A stretch of 64,000 nucleotides of DNA, from the NCBI GenBank assembly GCA_047601445.1, contig JASGJH010000001.1, positions 8,352,001 through 8,416,000 on the forward strand, read 5' to 3'. This DNA is from Myxococcales bacterium. Its GTDB lineage: Bacteria > Myxococcota_A > Polyangia > Polyangiales > DASUME01. Made by a program: the position numbers and the translations under genes. Below, in pieces: positions 49,898 through 61,220 of this stretch (positions within the stretch are counted from its first letter, which is position 1; every line of letters begins with the position of its first letter). The notes beneath the pieces are model-generated. The model searched no databases. It saw nothing but the letters and a program-made list of their open reading frames with translations, and was not told where the DNA came from.

Positions 49898-51593
49898 ATG
49901 GCTCGCTATGTGTGGACGACACTCCGGCTCTCGATGGTGCCACTCATGCTCGCGCTGGCAGCGGGGTGTACGTCGAACACGCTGACGCAGAACGGGGGGC
50001 GAACGTCGGAGTGCTCCGAGTCGCAGCGCTCGGATTGCAAACCCGACAAAGGCGCGGGCGATGGCGATGAGCCGGGCGAACAGGGAACTCCGCTGCCTTG
50101 TGATGTGCAGACCCTGTTGGTCGAGCACTGCGGCGAATGCCACGGCCAAAAGCTGCGTTTCGGCGCACCGATGCGTCTCTTGAACCTCGAAGACCTGAAA
50201 GCCAACGCCGGCAAGTCGTCCGATCCCGAGGCGGCGAAGAGCGTGGCAGGACTCAAGGAGTACGAGGCAGTCTTGAAGCGCATCAGCGACACCAAGCGAC
50301 CGATGCCGCAGCCACCCAATCCTGTCCTGACCGCCGCGCAGAAGAAAGTTCTGAAGGACTGGGTCGCAGACGGAGCCCCCGGGCGCGCAGGGGGCGAGAC
50401 CTGCGAGAGTGACCCGCTCACGACCGGCGAAGACCCAGACAAAGGCGACGACGGTGACGAGCAAGACGGCGGCGAGGAGCCCATGGGTGCCCCGTACTGG
50501 GGAGTCGAGCAAAGCGGAGGTCCCGAGGGCTGCGAGACCTACTACGAGTTCCGCGCGCACGGGAAGAAGGGGGAGCACGACGCCACCCCTTACATGGCGC
50601 GCGGCACCGGTCAGAGCATCGGCAACGAGTACCGCTGCTTCTACTTCAAGCCGCCGTGGAACGCAGAGGACGTGGGCCTGTGGTTCGAGCCGCTGATCGA
50701 CAACCAAGAGAATCATCCACCATTGGCTGTTGTACGGAACCGACGTGGCGACGCAGGAGTCAGGCACGTCGGCGCCCTGTCATGCTGCCGAGCCGGGAGC
50801 GTACTTGCTGGCGGGTTGGGCTCCCGGAGCACCGCCCGCCGAGCTCCCCGCCGACATCGGACTGCAGATGCCGACTTCGGGTTTGATCCTGGAGCTCCAC
50901 TATTACAACCAGTCCGGCGCGGCCAAGCCGGACCACAGCGGCGTCAAGCTTTGCACCGCCAAGAAGAACGCCCGCAAGAACACCGCGAGCATCTCGTTCA
51001 CGGGTACCGAGGGTATCTGCCTGCAACCCCAGGCCTCCTACACCGATGCCAATCCATACCGTGACAGCACCGGGGGCAGCGGCGGCAAGTCGCGCGGCCT
51101 GTGCGATCCGAACGACAGCGGCGACATCCACATGTTCCGTCTCTGGCCGCACATGCACAAGCTTGGAACGCACATGAAGGTCACATTGCATCGCAAGGAT
51201 CCCAACAGCGCGTTCGGCGGCGTGACCGACTATGTGGTCTATGACGGAGACTTCGACTTCGCACTCCAGACCACCCATAAGTTTCGCTGGAACGGCCAGG
51301 AGGTCGACGAGCTGATTCTCAAGAGCGGCGACACGATGACCACCGAGTGTTGGTACGAGAACGACACCAACGACAAGGTCACCTTCGGCGAGAGGACCCA
51401 GAACGAGATGTGCTACGGGTTCGTGTGGGCCTGGCCCGTGAATGCCCTGGTCACGAACGACGTGGACTTGAAGCTCGATCCCATCAACGCGATCGGCTCG
51501 ACGATCCAGCCCTCGCGACGCTGTCTGAATCCGACCGGCATCTTCCAGAGCTGCAACGGCTTCCCCGCCGACTATCCCGCGTTTAGCGAGTAG
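49898..51593 (+). CDS. Lipoprotein: c-type cytochrome fused to a copper type II (PHM/DBH-like) monooxygenase, ~564 aa, with a +1 frameshift at ~50711
   Basis: GGAGG RBS; lipobox AAGC; CGECH...PMP. After removing one A: EIIHHWLLY, LELHY, WPHMH and NEMC. Confidence 0.85.
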
Positions 51594-51635
51594 CGGCCCC
51601 CGCCCTACGGAGCAAGACGCCTTCGGGTCGTCGTC

Positions 51636-52490
51636 CTACGGGCATCCGCTCGCGCTGCTCGGGTACAGCTTGTCCTGCTTGTTGAGGGCGCAGTTCTCGG
51701 CGTTGAGCGCCTTACCCTGCTGGCTCGAGCACAACAACTTGCCGCTGATGTGGCCCGAATCACCGCCGAGCACGCCTCCGAGGATCGGGCACGCATCGCC
51801 CTCCTTGAAGTACACGGACGGGCTGCTGGGCGTGCTGGCCACGCAACCACGGCTATCTCCGCCTTCCATGACCAGATCACAGCCGACCGGATAGGGCGCC
51901 CAGGCCGGGCACTCCGCCGTGACGCAGTCGCCGTCGATGTTGACGGGGACATCGACCGCGCAGCCCTCGTCAACCTGGTCGTTGCAGTTGTCGTCCTTGG
52001 CGTTGCCGCAGATCTCCGGGTAGCACTCGCACGCGTCCTTGGGGAACGCGATGCCGGTGCTCTCACAGGGGCCCCAGGCAGGGAACTCTCCGCTCGAGCA
52101 GGCTTGACGCCCCGCGGGACACAGGCCTCCAGCGCTTTCCTTGGGGCCGAAGTAGCAGGCTTGCGTGGCGCCCGGATTGCACGGGCAGTCCTCGTCGACC
52201 AAGCCGTCCTGATCTTCGTCGATGCCGGTATCGCAGCGCTCCTTGCTCGCCGGAGGACGCGCCGATCCGGAGGAGGTTCCGGAGTCCGCCTTATGCTGTG
52301 AGGAATCTCCGGCGTCGCTGCGGTCGTGCTCGCCGCGGGCGTCATCGTCGTCGTCCGAAGAGTCGGTCTGGTCACCCGCGTCAGCGACGTCGTCCGCATC
52401 GCCCGAGGCGCCCGGCGAAATCGTGGGCTCGGCGGCGGAACACCCTGCCCAACACGCCACGCCGACCATCCACACTGCCACTACGCGCAT
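51636..52490 (-). CDS. Cys-rich lipoprotein with MopE-like metal-binding repeats
   Basis: Lipobox WAGC; acidic linker; CDTGIDEDQDGLVDEDC and ICGNAKDDNCNDQVDEGC. Confidence 0.75.
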   Translation of the reverse strand: MRVVAVWMVGVACWAGCSAAEPTISPGASGDADDVADAGDQTDSSDDDDDARGEHDRSDAGDSSQHKADSGTSSGSARPPASKERCDTGIDEDQDGLVDEDCPCNPGATQACYFGPKESAGGLCPAGRQACSSGEFPAWGPCESTGIAFPKDACECYPEICGNAKDDNCNDQVDEGCAVDVPVNIDGDCVTAECPAWAPYPVGCDLVMEGGDSRGCVASTPSSPSVYFKEGDACPILGGVLGGDSGHISGKLLCSSQQGKALNAENCALNKQDKLYPSSASGCP

Positions 52491-52612
52491 CGTTTGCCCC
52501 GGGTTTGGGCGCCGACCCTAGCGCATTCCCGCGCCGAATCGGAGGATTTTTGAACGTCTGTTGGGGGCTTGCTCACAGACGCTGCGGGCCCTGTGGCCTC
52601 GTAGAGCGGCGT

Positions 52613-54826
52613 TCAGGCCTTTCGCGCCGAAGCCCGGCGCGCGCGCACGACATCCAGCGAACTCGGCCCTGTTCGGCTCGACTGCTCGTGCGCAGCGAGG
52701 ACGTTCTCGCACAGGCCGAGCAGGGTCGTCACCAGATCGGGTAGGGGCTGCCCGTCGCGCGCTGCCATCTGGACCTTGCGCGCTGCCTCCGAGATGGTGT
52801 CGAAGCCAAAGCTGCCGCCGATGCCCACCAACTGATGCGCTACCTCCGCGATGCGCTCACAGTCGGAGGCCTCCAGGGCAACGCGAATCTCACCGATATG
52901 GCGGCGCAGCGTCTCCATGAAGTTCGGCATCAAGCGCAACACCTGCTGCTGGGCCAGTGCACTGATCGCGGCGTGCTCGCCGTCCCCTGCCTGCTTGGAG
53001 AGGTTCGCGAGGCGCTCGATGGTCCCGAGCAATGCCGCCCAATCGATGGGCTTGACCAGGTGCGCGTTGCAGCCGACCTCCAGGGAGCGCTCGGCGTGCG
53101 TCGACATGGCGTGTGCGGTCAGGGCTACGATGGGACCGGCATAGTCTGCGGCGCGCAGCTTTCGGACCGCTCCGTAGCCATCGAGCTTCGGCATCTCCAT
53201 ATCCATCAGCACGACCCGGTATCGCTCGCGGCCTTCGAGCACCGCGCTCAGCGCCGCTTGACCGTCGCTCACGACGTCCACGGTGGCGCCCGCCCGTCGC
53301 AGCATCGCGCTGATGAGCCGCTGGTTGTCCAGTCCGTCCTCGGCCAGCAGCACGCGTACGCCCCGTAGGCGCGTGGAGACGTCGGCATGGTCGCTGCTGC
53401 GGTCAGGCTGCGCACGCTGTTGCAACGTCTGAGCGGTGTACGGACGCAGCTCGACGTCCCTGGCGGGCAGTTCGAGCGAGAAGGTGCTTCCTTGACCGGG
53501 TGTGCTGGACAACCGAACTTCGCCACCCATGCTGCGCGCGAGCTTGCGCGAGATGTGCAGACCAAGGCCCGTTCCTTGGTATGCCCGTGCAGCCGAATCG
53601 TCCGCTTGCACGAAGGGCGCAAACAGCCGCGCCTGCGCCTCGGGGCTGATGCCCGGTCCCGTGTCGGTCACGTCGATTACCACGCGACCAGGTACCGCTT
53701 CGTAGCGCGCGCTGAGCCGTACCGTCCCGCGGGTCGTGAACTTGAGGGCGTTGCCCACCAGGTTCGTCAAGATCTGCCGAACCCCGGTGGCATCTGCGCG
53801 CACGTTGATGGGCAGCGGAGTCTCCGCTGTGACCGAGAACCCGAGGCCGCGCTCTGTTGCGTGCAGCCGCATCAACGACTCGACCTCCGACAGCACGCGC
53901 GCCAGCGCGAAGGGTTCCATCGACACCGAGACCTTGCCGGCCTCGATCTTGGCCAGGTCGAGGATCTCGCCGACGATATGCAGCAGGTGCTCCCCATTGC
54001 GGAGAATCACTTCGGCGTGGCTCGCGCGCACGCCCTCGTCCCGCTCCGCTGCGAGCAGCTCTGCATAGCCGAGGATGGCGGTGAGCGGCGTACGCAGCTC
54101 GTGGCTCATGTTGGCGAGGAAGACGCTCTTGGCCTGGTTTGCCGCGTCGGCTTCGCTCTGCGCGCTCTGAGCCTGGGCCGTCGCCAGCGCCAACCTGTCT
54201 GCATGCGCACTCAGCTCCGCGTTCGCCGCTAGCGAGGCGATGAAGTCTCGATACAGCATCCTGCCATGCAGCTGCAGAAACCCGAAGAACATGGCCACGG
54301 CCGCAGCCACTCCCCATGCCTGTCGCACGTCGAGCGAGAGCACGGTCACGAGCGGCGGCACGAGAATGCAGACGAGGTAGGCACGCAGCAGCGGCAGGTC
54401 GGCGTTGAGCGTGGTGACGGCACCCGCGGCGATCCCCGCGGTGGGGATCAGTACCACGATGCTGTTCGCATCGAGCCCGAAGGCGAGCGCGACCGCCGCA
54501 CAACCGCCCCAGACGGTCCCCTGCAGCAGCGCGCCCACACGGAAGCACCAGGTCCAGCGGCCCGGAGCGCGGGCGTAAAGCGCGGGCAGGCGCGCGACGA
54601 CGCCGAGGCGGAAGGCCGAGATGAGCAGTGTCCCGAAGACTAGGCAGAATTTCCAGGAGGTCGGATAGGCGGACGGCGAAACGGTCGCCACCACCAACAC
54701 CGCGAGGACGAACGCAGCGACGATGCCGGACCGCGAGCGCCTGGCCATGATCGTCGCGGCAGCTTCGGCCACGCGGTGTGCCGGAATCTGCGCGAGAGGT
54801 GACGTCCGCTGTCTCATCGGTGTCAC
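52613..54826 (-). CDS. Membrane hybrid sensor kinase (TM-HisKA-HATPase-REC-HPt)
   Basis: ~6 [42 protein letters not shown] and AHQLVGIGG. Start could be 54817. Confidence 0.95.
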   Translation of the reverse strand: MTPMRQRTSPLAQIPAHRVAEAAATIMARRSRSGIVAAFVLAVLVVATVSPSAYPTSWKFCLVFGTLLISAFRLGVVARLPALYARAPGRWTWCFRVGALLQGTVWGGCAAVALAFGLDANSIVVLIPTAGIAAGAVTTLNADLPLLRAYLVCILVPPLVTVLSLDVRQAWGVAAAVAMFFGFLQLHGRMLYRDFIASLAANAELSAHADRLALATAQAQSAQSEADAANQAKSVFLANMSHELRTPLTAILGYAELLAAERDEGVRASHAEVILRNGEHLLHIVGEILDLAKIEAGKVSVSMEPFALARVLSEVESLMRLHATERGLGFSVTAETPLPINVRADATGVRQILTNLVGNALKFTTRGTVRLSARYEAVPGRVVIDVTDTGPGISPEAQARLFAPFVQADDSAARAYQGTGLGLHISRKLARSMGGEVRLSSTPGQGSTFSLELPARDVELRPYTAQTLQQRAQPDRSSDHADVSTRLRGVRVLLAEDGLDNQRLISAMLRRAGATVDVVSDGQAALSAVLEGRERYRVVLMDMEMPKLDGYGAVRKLRAADYAGPIVALTAHAMSTHAERSLEVGCNAHLVKPIDWAALLGTIERLANLSKQAGDGEHAAISALAQQQVLRLMPNFMETLRRHIGEIRVALEASDCERIAEVAHQLVGIGGSFGFDTISEAARKVQMAARDGQPLPDLVTTLLGLCENVLAAHEQSSRTGPSSLDVVRARRASARKA

Positions 54827-54935
54827 CCAGTCATGCTACCCGACGCTGGCTCCGATGGCGCCCGGTTTGCGTCAGGTGACGCGGCAGAGCAGTCGTCACC
54901 GGTGCAGCAAGGTGTGCGGCGATAGGCCGTGAGCG

Positions 54936-57900
54936 GTGTCTGCTCGCTCGGCAGGAGACGGCATACGCCGGGGGGTAGACTGCGTTCTGGAGAAGGACGC
55001 GGTGCGAAGCCGGTACCAAATCCAGCAACAGGTTCATCGGGGCCCTCGCTCGCGGGTCTCCCGCGCAACGCACGTGTCCACCGGCGAACAGGTCATCCTC
55101 AAGCAGAACGCCACCGACGTTCCGATCTCCGCGGCCTTCGCGCGCTCGCAACGAGAGTTCTGCATCGCCTCTCCTATCCAGTCGGAGCACGTGGCGCACT
55201 ACCTGGGCGTCGAGCGCGAGGCCGATAGTGTCGCCGTCATCGAGGAGGTGTTTGGTGACACTTCGCTCGCCGAGCTGCTGCGGTATGGGTCGCTCCCCAT
55301 CGATGTCGCGCTAGCGGTCGCAGTCGAGGTCAGCGCCGGGCTCTGCGACGTTCACGCCCACGACGTGATCCACCGTGCGATTCACCCGGGCAACGTGCTG
55401 GTGGATACCGCGACGTGGCGCGCCAAGATCGCCGATTTCTCCGAGGCGACACTGCTGCAGGAGGTTCCGGAGCCCACGCGCCGCCTGGACGCTGACGCCA
55501 TCCCGCTCCCCTATATCTCGCCGGAGCAGACTGGTCGCATCAATCGACAAGTCGACTACCGGACCGACTTCTACTCGCTCGGAGCGACGCTCTATCATGC
55601 ACTCGCAGGCCATCCACCTTTCGAGCTGGCCGATCCACTGTCGCTCGTGCACGCGCACATTGCCATTGCGCCAACGCGTCTGTCGGTCGTCGATGCATCG
55701 ATCCCGGAACAGATTTCACGGATCGTCGACAAGTTGCTGGCGAAGAACGCGGAGGATCGCTACCAGAGCGCGCGCGGCATCATGGCCGACCTGCGCGAGT
55801 GCCTGGCGCAGTATCGGCGATTGCAGCAGGTGACGGAGTTCCCGCTCGGGCGCTCCGACGTGCCCGAGAAGTTCATCATTCCCCAACGCTTGTACGGCCG
55901 TGCGCCAGAGCGCCAAGCGCTGCTCGACGCGTTCAACGCTGCAGCTCGGGGGCAGAAGCTCCTGTTTCTGGTGCGTGGTAGCTCGGGAATCGGAAAGTCG
56001 TCGCTGGTCAACGAGACCCACAAGCTGGTGCTCGAGCGGCGCGGCCTCTTCGTCTCCGGCAAGTTCGATCCGCTCAAGGGGCATGCACCTTACTCGGTGA
56101 TCGCACAGGCGCTGCGGCAGCTCTGTCGAGGGCTCTTGAGCCTGCCCGAGCAGGATCTCGTGCATTGGAAAGCGGATATCCTCGAGCGTGTGTCGGTCAA
56201 TGCAGGGCTCATCATCGATCTCGCGCCCGAACTCGAGCGCGTGCTCGGTCCTCAGCCTCCGGTGCCGGAAACTGGCTTGACCGAGGCACAGCATCGGTTC
56301 GACTTGACCCTGGTGCGGTTTCTATCGGCGTTCGCCAGCCCCGCGCATCCACTGGTGCTGTTCCTGGACGACCTGCAGCGAGCGGACCCCGCGACGCTGC
56401 ATGCCCTGAGTGAAATCCTGCGACTCCCGGAGCCCACGCACCTGCTGGTCATCGGCGCGTATCGAGACAACGAGGTCGACGCGAACCATCCGCTCACCGT
56501 CACGCTGACTTCCCTGGGCAACGAGGGTGTGGAGGTTCAGGAGGTGCAGCTCGCGAATCTTGCACTCGAACAGGTGAGCGCCCTGCTCGCGGATACGCTT
56601 CGCAGGCCCCCGCCTGAGCTCGCTGACTTGGCAGAGCACGTCATCGGAAAGACCGGGGGCAATCCATTTTTCGTGCACCAACTCCTGCAGACGCTGCACG
56701 ACGAGAAGATCTTGCGATTTTCCACCGAGCTGCGCGCCTGGACCTGGGAGCGGGCGGCTCTCGGGGCGATGAACATCTCCGCCAATGTCGTGGACCTGAT
56801 GTTGCGAAAGCTTTCACGCCTGCCGTCGGCGACCAACGAGGCGCTACAGATCGGCGCCTGTGTCGGGAACCTCTTCGACCTGGAAACGCTATGTGCCGCG
56901 ACCGCGCTCTCGAAGGAGGAGATGCGGGCTCGGCTCGCGCCAGCGGTCCGCGAGGGGCTCCTGGTTCCGCTCGATCCGAACTATCCGCTCGGCCTAGTCG
57001 ATATCACCGAGGAGCAGTCGGCCTCACGCGAACCTCGAGAGCATCCTGATAGCTCCTCCGAAGCCGAGCATGTCAACTATCGATATCGCCTGCTGCACGA
57101 CCGTGTGCAGCAGGCTGCCTACGAGAGCGTTACCGAGTCCGGTAGGCCCGAGGTCCACTTGCGCGTCGGCCGAATCCTTCTCGCCAGGACGAGCATGGAC
57201 TCACGGGGCGCGTTGATCTTCGACATCGTCGATCAGCTCAACCGCGGGGCCCACCTCATTCGGGAGCCCGATCGCAGGCGCGAGCTTGCGGAGCTGAACC
57301 TCGAGGCGGGCAAGCGGGCACGTCTCGGGACCGCCTATCACGAGGCGCTCGCGTACCTGGAGCGAGGCCTCGAACTCTTGTCCACCGAAGCTTGGTCCCT
57401 CGACTATGACTTGTCGTACGCGCTGCACCTGCGCTACGCCGAGTGCGCCTACCTCACGGGTCGCTTCGACGAAGCGCGTGCGTTCGCCGACGCGCTCTTT
57501 TCCAAGCTTCGCACGCCGATCGAGAAGTCGGAGCTGTACGCGATCCTGATTGGACTCGAGACGAATCGCGGCGAGAACGCGCGCGCGATCGCGCTCGGGC
57601 GCGAGGCGCTCTTCGCACTGGGCCATCCGCTCCCTCAGCTGAAGACGACGCTGCCGCTCGTGAGCTTGCTCGCGAAGGTCAAGCTGGCCACGGTCAAGCG
57701 GCCAATCGCGAAGTTGGTCGAGCTCCCGCCGCTGACGGACCCCGTGCTGGTGCCCGTGGTGAACATCCTCAACCACCTCGTACAGCCTGCCTTGTTCACG
57801 GACCCGAAGCTCTTTGCCTGGATCGTGAACGAGAACCTGCGGATCGCCATCGCCCACGGCTTCGCACCCAGCGCCGCCTTCGGTTTCCTCAACTACGGAC

Positions 57901-60900
57901 TCTTCCTGGTCGCACGCAAGCGAGACTACGCGGGTGCACTCGCCATCGGTCAGGTCGCGCTCGACCTGGCCGCGCGTCCGGACGCATTCGCACTCAGGGG
58001 ACGCATCTACGACGCCTACGCCGTATCCGTGAACGCGTACGCCGAGAACCACGTGCGAACGTGTATTCCGCTGCTGAAGCAGGCCATCGAGCTGACGCTA
58101 GAGAGCGGCGACCTCCTCTACACGTCGCTCGCCTCCGCAGCCGTTCCGATGATCATGCTCATGGCGGGCATGCAGCTTGCCGAGATCTGCGACGAAAACG
58201 AGCTGAGACAGCGCTCTACGTGCGCCTTCCGCTACGAAGACATGACGCTCGCGATGCGGATTCTCGGCCAATGTCTGCGCTGCCTGCGCGGCAAGACGCT
58301 GGGGCCCACCAGCTTTGCCACCGACGACCTGGACGAAGCCGCCCTCTTGGCCGAGGTCGAGGCAAGACCCGACCCGCTCTGGCGATCCCTGTTCTTCATG
58401 TGGAAGATTCAGGTCGTTGCGCTGATGGGCGACCACCGAGAAGCCCTCCGGCTCGTCCTCTTGTACGACGACATGATCGAGAGCTCCAATCGCGCGTGGA
58501 TTTGGGCGTCCGAGCACCTCTTCTTTGCCAGCCTCACTCTGGTGGCGGGCCTGCGCGACGCAGCCGACGATTCCTCGCTCGCGGCTCCGACGGCAGATTG
58601 CGACACGGCGGCGCTGCAGCGCTCGCTCGCGCAGAAATTGGGGCTCCTCGCGGAGTGGGCCGCGAGCGCACCGGTAAACTTCCGGCACAAGCACGCCCTC
58701 GTATCGGCCGAGCTAGCAGACCTCGGGGCACGCTTCGAGCAGGCGGGGTTGCTCTACGACGAGGCCGTGAGCGAAGCCGCCGCGAACGGCTTTCCCCAAC
58801 ACGCCGCGCTTGCCGCCGAGCTCGCGGGCCGCGCGTACTTGCGGCGTGGCCGCACCAAGATTGCGCGGGCCTATCTGGAGGACGCTCGTGCGGGCTACGA
58901 AACCTGGGGAGCGCTGGGCAAGGTACGCGCGCTTGATCGAGAGTTTTCCGAGCTGCGGGGCAAAGCGCCCACCCACGCGCAAACCGCCCGCACGCTCGAC
59001 GCCGTCAGCGTGCTGCGAGCCTCCCAGGCGCTCTCGAGCGAGATCGCGTTGCCCACTCTGCTCGAGCACATGATGCAAATGATCGTCCAGACGTCGGGCG
59101 CCCAGCGCGGGTCATTGCTGGTGGAGCAGGCGGGGCGACTGAGGATGGAGGCGCACCTCGATGTCGCGGACAGGGTCGTGGAAGTCCCTGCCGGCGCAGG
59201 CGCCGACGGTCACGGGTTCGTGTCGGACGCCATTGTTCGCTATACGCTGCGGACTGGCGAAGAGTTGGTGCTCGCGGATGCTGCTCGAGGTGGAGAGTTC
59301 ACGCGCGACCCTTACGTGCTGACCCATGGCTCCAGGTCAATCCTCTGCATGGCGGTGCGCCACCGTGACCGCGTGATCGCGGTGCTCTTTCTCGAGAACG
59401 AGCTCTCCGCGGACGTGTTCACGGAGGAGCGGCTCGAAGTATTGCGGCTGCTCGTCGCGCAAGCGGCCATTTCGCTGGAGAACGCGCGTCTCTACGATGC
59501 GCTGCGCGCCCGCGAGGCGTTGCTGCGCGACCTCTTCGAAGGGATGCCGGTGGGGGTCTACGTCGTGGATGCGCAGGGGCGGACTGCGTTCGAGAACCGC
59601 CGGGCCGTGGAGATTCTGGGCGAGGAGCTCGCTCCCACCGCCGAGCTGCGGGCCGCTCAACGAGCCCGTAGCATGCGTCTCGCCGGGACCGACGATCCCT
59701 ATCCCGTCGAACGCCTCCCGCTCATGCGCGCACTGCGCGGTGAGACGGCGATGGAGGACGACATGGAGGTCGTGCGTCCCGATCGGCGTGTACCGATCGC
59801 CGCGTGGGGCACGCCGATTCGTGGGGACGACGGCGGCGTCCGTTACGCGGTCGTCGCGTTCCAGGACATCACGCAGCAGCGCGCCATGGAGGCAGACCGC
59901 ACGCGCCTCGAGGCTCAGTTGCACCAGGCGGAACGTCTCGAGTCGATTGGGCGTCTGGCAGGCGGCGTCGCTCACGACTTCAACAACCTGCTCACGCCGA
60001 TGCAGATCTACGCGGATCTAGCCGCGGACGCGCTACCACCGCAGTCGCCCGTTCGCGCTCAGATCGAGCAGATCCGTCGGTCTGCCGAGCACGCAGCCGA
60101 GCTCACGCGGCAACTCCTTACCTTCGGGCGCAAGCAGGCGCTCGAGGCGCGTGAGCTGGATCTCAATCAAGAGGTGCGCGGCTTCGAGCGACTGTTCCGA
60201 CGCGTGGTACGTGAAGACATCGAGCTGGACCTTCGGCTTGCTCCGGCGCTGCGGCCGGTGCGCGCCGACCCTTCTCAAATCCAGCGCATCCTGATGAATC
60301 TCGCCATGAACGCGGCGGACGCGATGCCCCATGGCGGACGCATTACGATCGAGACCTGTGTTGCCGGCGATTCACCCGGAAGCCGCGACGCGAGCGAGCA
60401 GGAGCCGCGTCCCCCCGTCGCCCTCTACGTGCGAGATACAGGGGTGGGAATGGATAAGGACATCCTCGAGAAGATCTTCGATCCGTTCTTCAGCACCAAG
60501 CAGCCCGGCAAGGGCAGCGGGCTCGGCCTCCCCACGGTGCACGGTCTCGTCAGCCAACATGGCGGGCAACTGTCCGTGCAGAGCGAGCCGGGAAGAGGCA
60601 CCACGTTCGAGATTCTGTTTCCGAGTATCCAAGGAGGAAACGCGAACGCGGTCGGCAAGGCACCCGAAGAGTCTGAGCTTCCAGTGAGTCGCGGCGAGAC
60701 CATTCTGCTGGTCGAGGACGACGATGCCGTGCGCGTTGCATTGCGTCAGGTGTTGATCGGCGACGGCTACCGCGTTGTGGCTAGCGGGAGCCCGAAGGAA
60801 GCGCTGAAGCTCGCACGGGAGCTCGGCGACCAGATGGATCTGGTCATCACCGACCTCGTCATGCCTGTCATGAACGGCCGCGAGCTCTTCGCCCAGCTAT

Positions 60901-61076
60901 CGCGCGAGCGACCTGCGCTTCCGGCGCTCTTCATCTCGGGCTACGCCCAGGACGTGTTGGCCGCTCCCTCGGAGGTCGACGCCGCGGTCGAACTGCTGCC
61001 GAAGCCGTTGTCGACGAACACGCTCCGTTCGAAGGTTCGTGAGGTTCTGGGGCACGCAGCGAAGGGCCGCACCTGA
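54936..61076 (+). CDS. Ser/Thr (pseudo)kinase-AAA-GAF-PAS-histidine kinase-REC hybrid
   Basis: Degenerate kinase (HRAIHPGN, DFS); GSSGIGKS; GGNPFF; GAF; PAS; VAHDFNNLL; GSGLGL; LVITDLVMP. True start may be slightly downstream. Confidence 0.9.
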   Translation: MSARSAGDGIRRGVDCVLEKDAVRSRYQIQQQVHRGPRSRVSRATHVSTGEQVILKQNATDVPISAAFARSQREFCIASPIQSEHVAHYLGVEREADSVAVIEEVFGDTSLAELLRYGSLPIDVALAVAVEVSAGLCDVHAHDVIHRAIHPGNVLVDTATWRAKIADFSEATLLQEVPEPTRRLDADAIPLPYISPEQTGRINRQVDYRTDFYSLGATLYHALAGHPPFELADPLSLVHAHIAIAPTRLSVVDASIPEQISRIVDKLLAKNAEDRYQSARGIMADLRECLAQYRRLQQVTEFPLGRSDVPEKFIIPQRLYGRAPERQALLDAFNAAARGQKLLFLVRGSSGIGKSSLVNETHKLVLERRGLFVSGKFDPLKGHAPYSVIAQALRQLCRGLLSLPEQDLVHWKADILERVSVNAGLIIDLAPELERVLGPQPPVPETGLTEAQHRFDLTLVRFLSAFASPAHPLVLFLDDLQRADPATLHALSEILRLPEPTHLLVIGAYRDNEVDANHPLTVTLTSLGNEGVEVQEVQLANLALEQVSALLADTLRRPPPELADLAEHVIGKTGGNPFFVHQLLQTLHDEKILRFSTELRAWTWERAALGAMNISANVVDLMLRKLSRLPSATNEALQIGACVGNLFDLETLCAATALSKEEMRARLAPAVREGLLVPLDPNYPLGLVDITEEQSASREPREHPDSSSEAEHVNYRYRLLHDRVQQAAYESVTESGRPEVHLRVGRILLARTSMDSRGALIFDIVDQLNRGAHLIREPDRRRELAELNLEAGKRARLGTAYHEALAYLERGLELLSTEAWSLDYDLSYALHLRYAECAYLTGRFDEARAFADALFSKLRTPIEKSELYAILIGLETNRGENARAIALGREALFALGHPLPQLKTTLPLVSLLAKVKLATVKRPIAKLVELPPLTDPVLVPVVNILNHLVQPALFTDPKLFAWIVNENLRIAIAHGFAPSAAFGFLNYGLFLVARKRDYAGALAIGQVALDLAARPDAFALRGRIYDAYAVSVNAYAENHVRTCIPLLKQAIELTLESGDLLYTSLASAAVPMIMLMAGMQLAEICDENELRQRSTCAFRYEDMTLAMRILGQCLRCLRGKTLGPTSFATDDLDEAALLAEVEARPDPLWRSLFFMWKIQVVALMGDHREALRLVLLYDDMIESSNRAWIWASEHLFFASLTLVAGLRDAADDSSLAAPTADCDTAALQRSLAQKLGLLAEWAASAPVNFRHKHALVSAELADLGARFEQAGLLYDEAVSEAAANGFPQHAALAAELAGRAYLRRGRTKIARAYLEDARAGYETWGALGKVRALDREFSELRGKAPTHAQTARTLDAVSVLRASQALSSEIALPTLLEHMMQMIVQTSGAQRGSLLVEQAGRLRMEAHLDVADRVVEVPAGAGADGHGFVSDAIVRYTLRTGEELVLADAARGGEFTRDPYVLTHGSRSILCMAVRHRDRVIAVLFLENELSADVFTEERLEVLRLLVAQAAISLENARLYDALRAREALLRDLFEGMPVGVYVVDAQGRTAFENRRAVEILGEELAPTAELRAAQRARSMRLAGTDDPYPVERLPLMRALRGETAMEDDMEVVRPDRRVPIAAWGTPIRGDDGGVRYAVVAFQDITQQRAMEADRTRLEAQLHQAERLESIGRLAGGVAHDFNNLLTPMQIYADLAADALPPQSPVRAQIEQIRRSAEHAAELTRQLLTFGRKQALEARELDLNQEVRGFERLFRRVVREDIELDLRLAPALRPVRADPSQIQRILMNLAMNAADAMPHGGRITIETCVAGDSPGSRDASEQEPRPPVALYVRDTGVGMDKDILEKIFDPFFSTKQPGKGSGLGLPTVHGLVSQHGGQLSVQSEPGRGTTFEILFPSIQGGNANAVGKAPEESELPVSRGETILLVEDDDAVRVALRQVLIGDGYRVVASGSPKEALKLARELGDQMDLVITDLVMPVMNGRELFAQLSRERPALPALFISGYAQDVLAAPSEVDAAVELLPKPLSTNTLRSKVREVLGHAAKGRT

Positions 61077-61220
61077 AGGCCTGAGCGCTGCTCGCCCCCG
61101 GGGCGCCGGGAGAGGGGGACGCCTACCTTCTGCGCCCTTGCCCACCAAAAGATGCCGGCCCAGCGGCCGGCGTTGCCGCGCTGGCTTCACCGCGTGTCCA
61201 ATCGGCATGAGGGGTAGTTG

